64,000 nucleotides of DNA from Somniosus microcephalus (Eukaryota): contig CM126206.1 in assembly GCA_052327205.1 (NCBI GenBank), positions 300,204,001 through 300,268,000 of the forward strand, given 5' to 3'. Below, piece by piece: positions 37,866-50,937 of this stretch (its first letter is position 1; each line of letters begins with the position of its first letter). Below the pieces are notes generated by a model. That model was not told the DNA's origin. It saw nothing but the letters and a program-made list of their open reading frames with translations, and searched no databases. Made by a program: the position numbers and the translations under genes.

Positions 37866-38308
37866 GGGCCTAGAAATTTACAGGTGTAAAATGGGCACCT
37901 AAGTGTGCCACCTGTCATATTGGTAAAGGCTCCTGTATAGGTGTCATGGCCTACCACCTGTTTGAGGCCCCCTTTACAAAATTCATTAGCAACTAACCAT
38001 GGCATGCGTCGTGCATGCTCGGTATACTCAGGTGCTTGGCAGCCAAACTAGCGGGCTTTAAGGTTTTTAGTTTTTTACTTACTTTATTGTGGAGCTGGGA
38101 GGAGTAAGAGTTAAACTCGCAGAGTGCTGCAGGCCACCACTCATCCTCCTCCCGATTTCTTCCCCCCCCTCCCCCCCCCCCCCCCCCCCCCGCAAACGGA
38201 CTCTGCTTACAGCCTTGGCCGGCAGATTTTTGTTTACCCAAGGACTGACAAGCTGCTTCTGGAACCACGACTGGTGCCTGCAGATCACCGGTAAAAACAA
38301 ATTAGGTC
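37866..38308. mobile_element. Harbinger-type MITE (degraded)
   Basis: gggcctagaaatttacaggtg vs caccggtaaaaacaaattaggtc; GC-rich interior. Confidence 0.45.
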
Positions 38309-39141
38309 AGCATCGGCCTGATTAGACGCATACAGCATGCATTACACTGGGATTTTGCCCAGTTTGAGTGCAATCCAATTTCTAGATCTGTTACTCTTTC
38401 TTATCTTTTTAACTATCCTTAAGGTCTCTTTGCTTGTTAGCAGTCCTTTGTTTTCAAGTGTTGATCATGTGCTTTATAAGCGCAGACAGCGTGCACTCTC
38501 CTTCACATGCCTCTGTTGTCCTTCATTATTCTTCAACAATTTGCCATATCAGCACAACCTTTACACGCATTTTTAACCACATACGCATCTTCATATAAGT
38601 GACTCGACATATCAGAATGTTGAACATTCATCTCTACATTGACGCTGTCCTTGTTACAATCTCACTGGAGCCATTACAGCTACAACCCACATCCTTCTTT
38701 TGCAGGCTCTTACACTTTAATTGGCACAGGTATTTAATCCTTTCCAAATGCAATTCAATTTCACAGAAACATTATTTTTGTTAGCATAACACAATGATTC
38801 ATAATAAACAGATTGTATACAACAGTTCCCCCCCACCGCCCCTCTTTGGTATTAAAGCTTAATCTAAAATTGCACTGGTATCACTCATTTTTTCAGAGAA
38901 TCATTTGCCAGGGCTAATCAGATTTAGATAATTTGAGCCCTGTTTTCTAAGTTGTGCCACATCCTAATTATCCCACAAGCAGATTATCCCAAAGACATAT
39001 GAGTTTTTGTTAGGCCAGTTTCAAACCAGGAGCTTTCAACAAGTGATGTTCGTTCTCTTCAGAAAGCGTGGCACCCAGACCCTGCCTCACCATTTCATTG
39101 TTTTTATAATACTTACTAAATGACAAGATTTCGGTGTCTTT

Positions 39142-39680
39142 GGGCTCGATTTTCATTGGGCCGTTGAGGCGGGATTGGAGGCGTGTTGGGGGTTAAAATT
39201 GCAAAAACTGGTGGGCGGGCCCAACCCAGCCTCCATCCCGCCTCCAAGCAATTTTCATTAAATCGTGTCTAATGGTCCCGTCTCCGTCCCACCTCCAAGA
39301 GGCGGGATAGGCCGTTAAGGCCCTTAACAAGCACTAAATTGCCTCTATAATGCCATGTTGAAAGGCCTTTGTGATTTTAACCCACGTGAAGCACGCCTGT
39401 TCTGAAACACGACGGTGAAACCTGGCGGGAGCACAGTTGGATTGCTGACTATCAGCTGCAGGTCAACCATTAAATAGGAGATTTGATCAGCCATCATTTG
39501 CAGGTGACAGGACTTTGTTGTCTCAGGTCTGGGGGAACTTTTAGAAGGCATAACCACAGCTGTGGAAGTTTGGAGCCTGACATCCATCTCCAGTGTGACC
39601 TCCTGGGAAACCCCTCTCGCCACCTTCTGGCGTTATCTCTGTTAATGCTTTTGTTAAATGCATTAAAATGTCTGCCAATG
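39142..39680. mobile_element. Partial Harbinger-type element related to 7528-8397
   Basis: Starts gggctcgattttc, followed by gcgggattggaggcg…aaaattgcaaa as in the 7528 copy; right end not found. Confidence 0.5.
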
Positions 39681-40154
39681 ATGGGCCAGATTTCCAAATC
39701 TCTAACCCAAACTATTTCATCTGGATTTATATAAAATTTGGCTTTGGTCCTTCACATTTGTGATATTTGTACTAAAAGGACGATGCTATACTTGCCACCA
39801 TCCAATTTCCATTTTCCATTACCCATCCCACAGTACGATTGGAAATATAAATGAATAGCTTTTATTTAAAGGTTTAGTTAAAACTTTACTCAAATTCATT
39901 GTCCATTATGTATTCAAATAATTTTCAACAACACACAAACTGAATTACTGTTAGACACAGAGTGTCAATTTGACTTTTCTACTGAAAAAAATAATAGTAC
40001 AGTATGTTTATAATTTGAATATAAACAAAAGCTGCAACCGGTGTGTAATCAGTGGAGTCTTTGAGATTTAAAATGGATCTCTTCTTTCTCATATACACTC
40101 ACACGTGCACTTAAACAGTCAACCTGCACACGTTTTGCTTTAAAAAGGAGGGGT

Positions 40155-43100
40155 TGTAGGAATGGTCAACTTCCTATCTAGAGATTGAGTTCGACGCAGG
40201 CAATCAATCAAAAAGGTTTTTAATGTCAAACTAACGAGTTTAAACAGATTGATGCAAGAGAACTATGAATACAGGTCTTAACAGGTCGGAGGCTCCACGA
40301 GGACTGCCAGGGCGGTCCCGTGGATGGCGTCATGACGTCATCACGTTTTTCCCACGTTTGGGTGATCAAGTGATTAGCGGCATGACGTCATCGCGTTTGC
40401 CCGCGCTCTTAAAGGGACCGCGCACTGTACGTGCAAACAGTGTATACAATGGTACAGATTTAGTCTGTAGCTAACACATCGTTAAAGGGAATTATGTACA
40501 GTTGTTCAGAGTCCCTCAGTGACTCTGCCACATGCGCCCCCCCCCCCCGGAATTGCCTTTAATGGAAAAAGTCAAACGGTGAGGGGGCCTGACAAGCCGG
40601 TGAGGGGGCCTGACAAGCCTGTCAGAACGACTCCGGTATTCTCGAAGCGGAAGCTGTTGGACGGCGGGCGGTCTGGCGGGTGGTTGCACTTGTTCTGGCA
40701 TGACGACGGTGGGCGGCCGACCTCGTTTCGGTGGCTGTGCTGTCTCGACGGGACGGTCAAGGTCCAGGTGTGCTGGCTTCAAACGGTCGACCGAAATGTG
40801 GTCCGGTTTACCACCGACATCCACCTTGAAGGTTTTGTCTCCTGCCTCTTAACACACGGAAAGGACCAGTGTATGGGGCCTTGAGCCGATCCCGGTGAGC
40901 ATTGTGGCAGATGAACATGTAGTCGCATTGTTTCAGCTCCGCTGGAACGTGAGAGCCCTGAAACCCATGATGCGTTGTGGGAACCGGCACGAAACATCTG
41001 GCTGCTTCCTGGTGACTGATAAGCTGGTGTGAGGCGGACCATGGCTCCGTTGGTGTTGGCAGGACATCCCCTGGCACTCGCAGCAGCTGACCATAAACGA
41101 GCTCTGCCGCAGAAGAGTGAAGATCTTCCTTGGGGGCCGTGCGAAGGCCCAACATGACCCACGGCAGCTTGTCTGCCCATCCGGCGTCTTGGAGGCTGGC
41201 CCTCAGTGCGGCCTTAAGCGATCTGTGAAAACGTTCGCACAGACCGTTCGCTTGTGGGTGGTAGGCTGTGGTGCGGTGTAACTTGAGTTGTTGAGCCACC
41301 GCATTCCAGAGTGCGGAGGAAAACTGCGGTCCCCGGTCCAAAGAGATGTCAGCAGGCACTCCAAAACAGGCGACCCATGAAGAGATGAACGCCCTGGCCA
41401 CGTCCGTCGAAGTAGTAGATGACAGGGGAACCGCCTCCGGCCATCTGGTGGTGCGATCTACTATGGTCAGGATGTGCGTAAAACCATGGGAAGGTGGAAG
41501 TGGTCCTACCAGGTCCACATTAACGTGGTCAAACCGTCACTCAGGAACTGCAAAGGTGGCCAATGGAGCCTTGATGTGGTGCTGTACCTTGGCCTTTTGG
41601 CAGACCACGCAGGTGTTGGCCCAGTCGCGGACATCTTTATGCATGCCCCACCAAACGAACTTAGACGACATTAGCTTCTGAGAAGCCTTCATTCCTGGGT
41701 GTGACAACCCATGTATGGCGTCAAACACCTTGCGGCGCCAGGCGACTGGCACAATTGGGCGAGGGTCCCGAACGGAGACGTCACACAGCAACGTGGTATC
41801 AGCCGAATGGAGTGATGACTGCGGTCTTCTGGACATCCTGCGGGTGCACTGGGACCTGGTGGTAGCCCCGGACGAGGTCGACCTTGGAGAAGAAGTTGTT
41901 TCCAGCCAAATGGGCAAAGAAACTCTGAATGTGGAGGATCGGGTATCGATCAGGAGTGGTGGCGCCGATAGTCGCCGCAGGGCCGCCATCCGCCGCCAGG
42001 TTTCGGAACGATGTGAAGAGGCAAAGACCGGGGACTATTCGACCTGCGAATAATCCCTAAGCGTTCCATTGTAGCGAACTCCGCCTTCGCGACCGCTAGC
42101 TTGCCAGGTTCGAGGCGCTAGGCCCGCGCGTGGACCGGGGGGCCGGTGGTGGTGGTGGTGGTGGTGGTGGTGATGTGGTGTGGCCGTGGAGGAGAACGTG
42201 GGCCTGGTCAGGTCTGGAAATTCGCCTTGCAGGCGAGTGAACTCATTCGGAGTCGGGAAAGCGCAGGAGACGGTGCGCGACATGGTGTTACTACGGTGGC
42301 AAGGGATAGAGTGAAACGTGGCCGCGTTGATGAGCCGCCGGTTCCTGTTGGCGCACAGGAAATCTGCACCAAGAATGGCTTGCGAAACCTTGGCCGTAAC
42401 GAATTCCCAGAAAAACCGCTGGCCGCTGAAGCACACCTGGACCCGCCGTCTGCTGAAAGTCCGAATAGCTCCACCATTAGCCGCTTCGAGGGGGAGGCCG
42501 TGCCTCCCAGCCTGTACATCACGCACTGACGCGGGTAGGATGCAGCACTGCGCTCCGGTGTTGCACAGGAACCGACGACCGGAGAGGGTATCTGTGATGA
42601 AGAGCAGCTTGCCTGCATTGCCGATCGCAACCTGTAGCAACCGCGCCTTGAGGGTCTCATACTTGCGGTCAGTTGGGGGATTCCCGAGAAGACTGACGAT
42701 CCACGAGGCGGTAGAGCCGTCGCGTGCGGAGACCACGTATAAGTATTGGGTCTGATCCTCAACAATGCCTCTCAGGGCAAACTGGGCTTCAACTTGGATG
42801 AACCACGAGGTTGCTTGTTGCTCCCAGAACTGCGGCAGCTTCAACAAAACGGCATTTGCCTCCATGCTGTGTTCCTTTTGCGAAATCCGTTCACAAAAGT
42901 CGAGGTCACCAATGTAGGAATGGTCAAATTCCTATCTAGAGATTGAGTTCGACGCAGGCAATCAATCAGAAAGGTTTTTAATATCAAACTAACGAGTTTC
43001 AACAGATTGATGCAAGAGAACTATGAATACAGGTCTTAACAGGTCGGAGGCTCCACGAGGACTGCCAGGGCGGTCCCGTGGATGGCATCATGACGTCATC

Positions 43101-43290
43101 ACATTTTTCCCGCGTTTGGGTGATCAAGTGATTAGCGGCATGACGTCATCGCGTTTGCCCGCGCTCTTAAAGGGACCGCGCACTATACATGCAAACAGTA
43201 TATACAATGGTACAGATTTTGTCTGTAGCTAACACATCGTTAAAGGGAATTATGTACAGTTGTTCAGAGTCCCTCAGTGGCTCTGCCACA
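40155..43290 (-). mobile_element. Internally deleted Gypsy/Ty3 LTR retrotransposon
   Basis: 378-bp LTRs 40155-40532 and 42913-43290 (TG…CA, about 12 mismatches); TSD GGGT; PBS tggtgacctcgac (tRNA-Trp-like); G-rich PPT at ~40535-40550; gag LKLPQFW…WF.QVEAQF, protease FLCNTGA, integrase H-H-C-C and DLVGP/DRG/NGLCER. Confidence 0.95.
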
Positions 43291-44660
43291 GGGTGACTAA
43301 AAGCTTGGTCAAAGAGGTAAGTTTTAAGGAGGGACCTAAAGGAGAAAATAGAGGTGGAGAGGTTTAGGGATGGAATTTCTGAACTTATGATCTAGACAGC
43401 TGAAAGCAGGGCCGCCAATAGTGGGGCAAAGGAAGTGGGGGCTGCACAAGAGACCAGAATTTGAGGAACGGAGAGTTCTTGTAGGGTTGCAGAGCTGGAG
43501 AAGGTTACAGAGATTAGATGGGGTGAAGCCAGGAAGTGATTCGAACACAAGGATGAGAATGTTAAATTGCAGGGGTTGGGGGATTGGGAGCCAATGTAGG
43601 TCATTGAACACAGGGGTGAGTGGGACTTGGTGTGGGTTATGATACTGACAGCAGAGTTTTTGGATGAGCTGAAATTTATGGAGGATGGGAAGCCAACCAG
43701 GAGAGTATTGAAATAGTTGGGTCTGGAGGTGGCAAAGACATGGATAAGCATTTTGGTAGCAGGTGGGCTGAGGCGAGGCGGCGACAGGTGATATTACAGA
43801 GTTGAAAATAGGCTGTCTTTGTGATGGAGAAGGATAGCTGGCCGGAAGCTCAGCTTGGAGTCAAATAGGATGCTAAGGTTGTGAACAGACAGCTTCAACC
43901 TCAGACAATGGCTGGGGTGGGGGAATGGAATCAGTGGCGAGAGTTTGTGGTGGGGGCCAAAGATGATAGCTTGGTCTTCCCCATATTTAACTGAAGAAAA
44001 TTATGGCTCATCTAGGACCAGATTTTGGACAAGTAGGCTGACAACACAGAGACAGTGGAGGGGTCGAGAGAGCTGGTGGAGCGATGAAGCTGGGCATCGT
44101 CAGCATACATGTGGAATCTGATGCCTTGTCTTCTGATGATGTCGAGGAGTGGCATGTAGATGAGAAAGAGGAGGGGACCAAGGATAGATCATTGGGGAAC
44201 TCCAGAAGTAATGGTGCAGGAGCAGGGAGAGAAGTCATTGCTGGAGACACTCTGGCTAGCATTGGGTGGAACCAAGCAAGGGAAGTCACACTGAGACAGA
44301 CAACGGAGGAGAGGCGTTGGAGATGGATGGTGTCGTCGACTATGTCAAAAGTTGCAGAGAGGTCGAGAAGAATGAGGAGGGATAGTTTACCACGGTCACA
44401 ATCATGCAAGATGTCATTTGTGGCTATGATTAGGGCAGTTTCAATGCTATGGCAGGGGTGGAAACCTGATTGGAGAGATTCAAACATGGGTTGTAGGAAA
44501 GATGAGCACACATTTGGGAGGCACCAACACATTCAAGGACTTTGGAGAGGAACAAGAAGTTGGAGATGGGGTGGAAGTTTCCAAGGACAAAGGGGTAGAG
44601 AGTGTTTTTTGAGGAGGGGGCTGATGACGCCAGTTTTGAAAGGGGAGGGGGACAAATCCT
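43291..44660 (-). mobile_element. L2-clade LINE RT fragment
   Basis: QSGFHP.HS.ETAL, LLDLSATFD and LHWLPI motifs in ORFs 43336-44681. Confidence 0.88.
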
Positions 44661-44709
44661 GAAATGAGCTTCTGACCACATATCCGTGGCATAACTAAGA
44701 CCTAAATTT

Positions 44710-45365
44710 CCACCTCTGTGACATCACCCACATCTGCCCTTGCCTCAGCTCATCTGCTGCTGAAACCCTCATTCATGCCTGTTACCTCTAGGCTTGACTA
44801 TTCCAACGCACTCCTGGCTGGCCTCCCACATTTTAACCTACGTAAACTTGAGGTCATCCAAAACTTGGCTGCCCGTGTCTTAACCCGCACCAAGTCCCGT
44901 TCACCCATCACTCCTATGCTCGCTGACCTACATTGGTTCCCGGTTAAACAACGCCTCGATTTCAAAATTCTCATCTTTGTGTTCAAATCCCTCCATGGCC
45001 TTGCCCCTCCCTATCTCTGTAATCTCCTCCAGCCCCACAACCCCCTGAGATATCTGCACACCTCTAATTCTGCCCTCTTGAGCATCTCTGATTTATAATC
45101 GCTCAACAATTGGTGGCCATGCCTTCTGTTGCCTAGGCCCTAAGCTCTGGAATTCCCTGCCTAAACTTCTCTGCCTCTCTACCTCTCTTTCCTCCTTTAA
45201 GACATTCCTTAAAACCTACCTCTTTGACCAAGCTTTTGGTCACCTCCCCTAATTTCTCCTTAAGTGGCTCGGTGTCAATTTTTTTGTCTTATAATATTCC
45301 TGTGAGGTGCTTTGGGACATTTTACTATGTTAAAGGCACTATATAAATACAACTTGTTGTTGTTG
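44710..45365 (+). mobile_element. L2-clade LINE 3' fragment
   Basis: ORF 44718-45098 VTSRLDYSNALLAG…; (TTG)n tail. Confidence 0.88.
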
Positions 45366-46809
45366 ATAGAGAAAGCCATTTACAATATCAGCTAGGAAGG
45401 AGGTCAGGAAGGGAAGTTAGGTGTTCAGCAGTTCAGTGGAGAGCAGAGTGGTAGCAATAGCAGCAAATCCAAGTAAACAGTGGCTGCATGCAGTTAAATC
45501 AGATCATTGTATGAGAAACAAGAGAAAAATTTGTCTTCAGTCTCAGCCTCTGCATGGCCACTGACCCTGAACATATCATCCTCTGAGTGGGGAGACTAGA
45601 GAGCAATAGGAGATTAGGTAGATTTGCAAAAAGAGATTGGGAGGGGCAGGGGAAGGAAGGGAGGCCCACACGAATCCTGTGATTTGTATAAGTCTTATTA
45701 ATGCTTGCGATTCAAGTGGAAATTTTTAATGTGCAAAAATCTGTATTTATTTAAGTTTACAGTGTGAATTGTGAGCATTGAAGAAAATCACAAATTGTAG
45801 GACTCGGGTGCTGCCAACACTGGGCTAATGACTAGAGTTCAACACAAGTGGCTTTAACTTATCTCCCAGGCTTTCTGCATCCTTCTCAGCCACTTCAAAT
45901 GGTCGATCTGACCACTGACTGTAAGAGTGGGTGTTGGTTCTCACTGGGCTGGGTTACAGGGAGGTAGTATTCAGGATAAATCCAAGTCCATCGTGGAGCA
46001 TTTTCTGGTGCATGTCAAGATTGCTTTACAGATTCTGGAGGATAGCATTGACATTCAATGATTTTTTATGTTATGTTCTCTGTGCATATGTAAACATGAT
46101 TTATTTTATTACAGATTTGAATGTCATTGTCATAGCAGAAACCTCTAGGGAAAAAAATTCAGATTGATTTTAACATACTTATTGAAGACCAGAAATTAAT
46201 TTTTAAAAATTCTGCTCCACCCTGTTTGTTTTACCTAGAATCCCTTTATTAACTCCAGCCCTTTAAGATGCTGATATGTTTGTAATATCTAATTATATTT
46301 ATGGCACCTCTTAATCACTCCCCAACTTTCCCTCCTCTCCAGAAGGCAGACTGAAGCTCGAGTACAGTTCCATGGATGCCAAGAACCCTCTGGAACCTCA
46401 TTCAATTGGCTATTCTGCACGTGTGCGAACCTAAATAGTGACTATTGGGATGTTATTCAACTGTGGAGTGTACCACAGCTGGGCCTAACATCTGTTTTCA
46501 CCAATATCCATGCACATGCATGGGGATTGCAAAATAGTAATCCAAAGTGGGAACCCTCGGTTCTTTTTACTGCTCTCCACTACAGGAATGCTGAAGCAAG
46601 TGCAACAACTTCACTCTTGTCTTGTCTGAAACTAGCTAATTCAGCATTAACCATCTACAGTTTTTTTGATCCTTTTAAATACTTTACATTCACTATGGTA
46701 AACTAAAGGAGTATAACATGGGGAAACTTTGTTGTGTATTTTACATCAAACATTACAATGGCAAATTTGACTAAATTGCATTGTAATAAAATTGTTATCA
46801 GAATTACAA

Positions 46810-46945
46810 TAGAAAGAAAAACCTTGCATTTCTGTAGCGCCTTTCATGACCTCAGGACGTCGCAAAGTGCTTTACAGCCAATGAAGTCATTTTTGAAGTG
46901 TAATCACTGTTGTAGGAAACCCGGTAGCCAATTTGCTCACAGCAA
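46810..46945 (-). mobile_element. SINE 3' tail fragment
   Basis: cttgcatttctgtagcgcctttcatgacctcaggacg… as in 24700-25140. Confidence 0.7.
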
Positions 46946-47140
46946 GGTCCTATGCTGGTATATGATTCCATGGCTGCTGCTTACCCCACCTAATATGCAG
47001 TTATATACACACACATGCGTGCACACACACATTCTAGTAGCATTCACTGGATAGCCATTGGCACTATGAAAAAAGTTTAGAAAAATTTTAGCTCTTCGGA
47101 CTTGAAAGGAGGTAAATGACAGGAATCTTATAGAGGTATA

Positions 47141-47832
47141 GATCAGATTAGATTTATTTGCCATATGTAACAAGTACAATGGAATGCTTGTTCCCCGTAG
47201 GGAAGCGTCAGCTATACACACAGTGCCACGTTCAGAGTCAATACAATGGCTTCCCGTGGCAGTGGGAGCACGATGTCCCTCAGCCGCTCCGTCCTCCTCT
47301 TCACCGCGGTCTCCTCCTCTCTGTTGCCGGCTCCACGTGTGGTGGCCTGCTTCTCCCGCTCTGGCCACCATGCCTGGCTCCCCTCCTCCCATCCGGACTG
47401 CGAGTTACCCGAAGTGGAGCTGCCGGCCGATGTGCTGCAGCGTGTCGTGAGTCTGCTGCTGCTGCTCGTTGCGCTGCGCTCCTCTGCCCAACTCGCCGAA
47501 CACATCGTCGGGATGTGAATGCTCCAATGCGGCCCCCTCTTCACCGGCTCCACGCTCCACGGCCCGGGGCCTACTTCTCTCTCTTCACGGGTCGGCCTCT
47601 GGCCGCCATGCTCGGCTCCCCTCCTCCCAGTCGGAATTCCTTCCCGCCGAGGAGCTGCCGGCCGATGTGCTCCAGCGGGTCGGCTTGGCTGCTGCTGCTG
47701 CTCACCGCGCTGCGCTGCCTCTGCCCGACTCGCCGAGCACCTCGCTCTGGTTGCGGGAGCGAGCGGCGAGAGCTGGCCGCCCGAAACAGGGAGAGCGATC
47801 TCAGCACCGGACCGTCACGGCCGCCATCTTGA
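47141..47832 (-). mobile_element. CpG-rich non-autonomous retroposon inserted in an old CR1 fragment
   Basis: Minus strand starts caagatggcggcc and ends aaataaatctaatct; internal degenerate tandem duplication; flanks rejoin as CR1-like cttatagaggtata…gatactaagtgga. Confidence 0.55.
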
Positions 47833-48189
47833 GATACTAAGTGGATTCAAAAAGTTTAATCCGGAGCACTATTTCAAGTTAAACCATGACTGTAGGACAA
47901 GATAAAAGGCAAGTTGAGGACTGGTGTCAGGAAGTATTTCTTCACAAATAGAGTGATTAATACTTGGAATGATCTTCCAGCTGGTGTAATGGAGGCAAAA
48001 ACTCAGCTTAGATGTTGTTGGGGGCCTATAGGTTTACATTGAATGGGTGAGCTAGATGGACTGAATGGCTCCCGCATCTGTACTTGTCTGTATGATATTT
48101 TTTCCAGGGACACTAAGGTCAATTGTACCAGGTACTTATTTTTAAAGGAAAAACGTTGACTAGTAAATAATAGGGGTGGAAGAAATTGT

Positions 48190-49040
48190 GAATTGTTAAA
48201 GAAATAATGGTTTTATAAAAGAAATGGGTTTGCCTAGCTCAGCAGCCAGGATAAGCTGATGACACAGAAGAAACCAATCATGTCAGATAAGGAGTTGCAC
48301 AAAAAGCTGAGGTCGTTTACAAGGGCATAACACAGAAACAGGCCTTCATGTCGGTATAGCTAGGCCTGATAAGAGGTCAAGTAAGGAGCCTTATGATAAA
48401 CAAACTGTCTAGGAGAAAGTGCAAGATGTCCAAACAGGAGACAAGCAGAGGAATGACCACATGAGTCTGGGAGGGGTCTGCCGTAGGTACCTATTCCTTT
48501 TTAATTGGACAACTGAATGGGTAAAAGTGATTAAACAAATGATTGATGCAAGGTATCCACCAGCCCCCCGAAATAATAAGCTATATAAACGGGCAGCCAA
48601 AATGGAAAAACAGGCAGAGAGGGGAAGAGTTTCCCCGGAGTGGCAGAGAGGGGAAGGGCTTCCCCAGGGTGGATTCAAGCTAGCTTCGGCTTAACACCTT
48701 GGTCAAGCTCAACCTCTGGGGTGGATTCATGCTAGCTTCGGATTAACACCTCCGCCAGCTTGAGAGATGACCAAAGAGGAAGAGACCACTGCCACAGGCT
48801 GCAGGGATCCACGACCACCGTTCTGCCTCAACCTCCGTCCATCTTCCCGTCCGTCCGTTCCGGGGCTAGTAAACCGTTCTCATCTGTTACGGGTTGTATG
48901 TTGTCTATGTCTATCCTGATTGCATGTTGTACTTAACTATATTTGAACTGCCGCTCCTTAATAAAACGACCTATGACTCCTAAGACCCTTTGGGTAATCT
49001 GTGTGTAACCTGTGATCCAAATCTTAGAGGGGACTAAAGG
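48190..49040 (+). mobile_element. Probable ERV-type solo LTR
   Basis: TATA ctatataaa (~48581), short internal duplication (48667-48750), AATAAA at 48960; termini and TSD not resolved. Confidence 0.45.
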
Positions 49041-49178
49041 TAACCTGATGATAAACTAATTTACTTGATCAGACTGCTGACTGAAGCTAAGGAACTTCTC
49101 CAAAATGTTTTGGTTCAATTGTTTTATTCGACACATACATTAAATTCTTCTTATTTCCATAAATATTACAAACACGCT

Positions 49179-50925
49179 GGCCGGAATTTTACCGACGCTC
49201 AGAGTGTGGGTTTGGAGGCGGGTCCACTGTCAAAATCACAATAATTGACAGCGTGTCGGTATCCTGCTGTAAACCCACCTCATTGTCAGTTTCCCAAGTT
49301 TCGGGTCTGTCATCCCTGAACAGACCTGACATTAAGCGGCGGGTCAGCCAATTTAGATAGTTAAAAGCTTGTTACTTGCCATGTACTTACCATTTTACCA
49401 GGTTTTCAATGAGGTTCCCGGAGAGCGGCTATCACGTCAGGTAAGTATGTCGGGTTCTCAATGACTGTGGATTGTTGTGAATAGGTGAAAGCTCAAAAGT
49501 GGTCTAAAACCTACCATGTCAGAGCTGTTCACTTCCCAATCTTAGAAGGTGGAGCATTAATTGATTTGGAACCCACTTTTGAGCTTTATGCACTTTTGAA
49601 GTGTTTGGAGTAATCTCTCTATCCACTGTCACCTCCTTGGAATAACCTATCTCAACATTGACAGATTACTTCTGTCATCTCAACCTCACCTGCCATCTAT
49701 TCCATCAGCATCTGTGCCCTTGAAAAAAATCTCACCTTGGTCCTCAGAATCCCAACACGATCAACCCCAACACCAGCATCACCGGGCACACCAACAGCAC
49801 CAACATCCACACCAACCTTCTCCGCAATCAACTGATGCTGCACAGGGCATCATCACCCGACCACCTTGTTGCCCAGGAGGCCAGCGATGGCCTCACCATG
49901 TCCAGATTTGCTTCACTTAACACTGTACACCCTGGCTGCCACATGATGCACCAGGTTGGCACCACCCCACCCCAGCAGCATAAAGCATCCCTACAATGTC
50001 TCCAAGTCATTCCTTTCACAATCAGTACCATTGGGGGGGCAGAACGTTATGTCTCACCATTCACTGGAACTCACTCAGACACTTTCAAAGGTGCGCACAA
50101 ACCTGTCCAAGAAGGCAAAGTGGTGACACTAAGGATTTCAATGTTTGACAACACATTAACAGAAAGTTTACATGGACATTGGCTAAAACATCCAAGTGTC
50201 TACCCTTGTGTGGTGTTAGTTGGTATGATTGGATGAGGATGAGGGAGGGGCGGTTAGTGAGATGGGGAAGTGATAATATAGATAGAGAGGGATGGTTGGA
50301 GGTGCAAGGTAAGTTGGTGTGAGTAAGAATGTGCAGGAGTAGGATAGGGAAGGCAGAGTGATAGGGATGTGATGAATGACACAGGAGGATGAGGTTGAAT
50401 GTGGCTTTGCAGTAACATTTTGTGATCTAATGTGATCATTGAAATGGTTGCACCACTGCAGCCAGGTCCTCCTGACAACATCCCTGCTGTGTCCTCCTGT
50501 GAATGTGCAATCAGGCTGCGTTGGTGTCCTGGGGAGGTCTCTTCCGCCCATTGGAAGGGAAGAGAACCTCCCTGCTTGCTGTGACACCCTCCATAAGCAT
50601 ATGGAGAGAGCCTGGCTGCAGCCGTGCACCTTTGTGCAGTGCTTGTCAGTGTTTGTAGCACCTCAATGCTGTAGAACACTGACAGCACAACTGTCAAAAT
50701 GAATGTGGACATGGCCCCTTTAAGGAAACTGGCTGATGACGTGTCATCAGATGATGTCATCAGACCCGCTTCCTTTTAATTGGCCGGGAATCTCGCAGGG
50801 CGGGCTTAACAAGCCCAATCAGGGGAAAATCACTTGGAGGAGGCGTGATGAAGACGGGTGCGCAGTTTGAGGCCACTGTCTGCTCTGGCTGCACCGGACT
50901 CACCACGGCGGGTGAAATCGCGGCC
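49179..50925. mobile_element. Longer deletion derivative of a Harbinger transposon with a Myb/SANT-like remnant
   Basis: TIRs ggccggaattttacc / ggtgaaatcgcggcc; ends match 7528-8397; minus frame VVRRTWLQWCNHFNDHIRS (~50430-50485). Confidence 0.75.
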
Positions 50926-50937
50926 TCTGTGTCATAC

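Noticed and set aside
42145-42175. Poly-histidine tract in the Gypsy ORF
   Set aside because: A (CAC)n microsatellite expansion in a decayed element.
47158-47905. 224-aa and other ORFs in the GC-rich insert
   Set aside because: Open in several frames because of GC content; no domain motifs.
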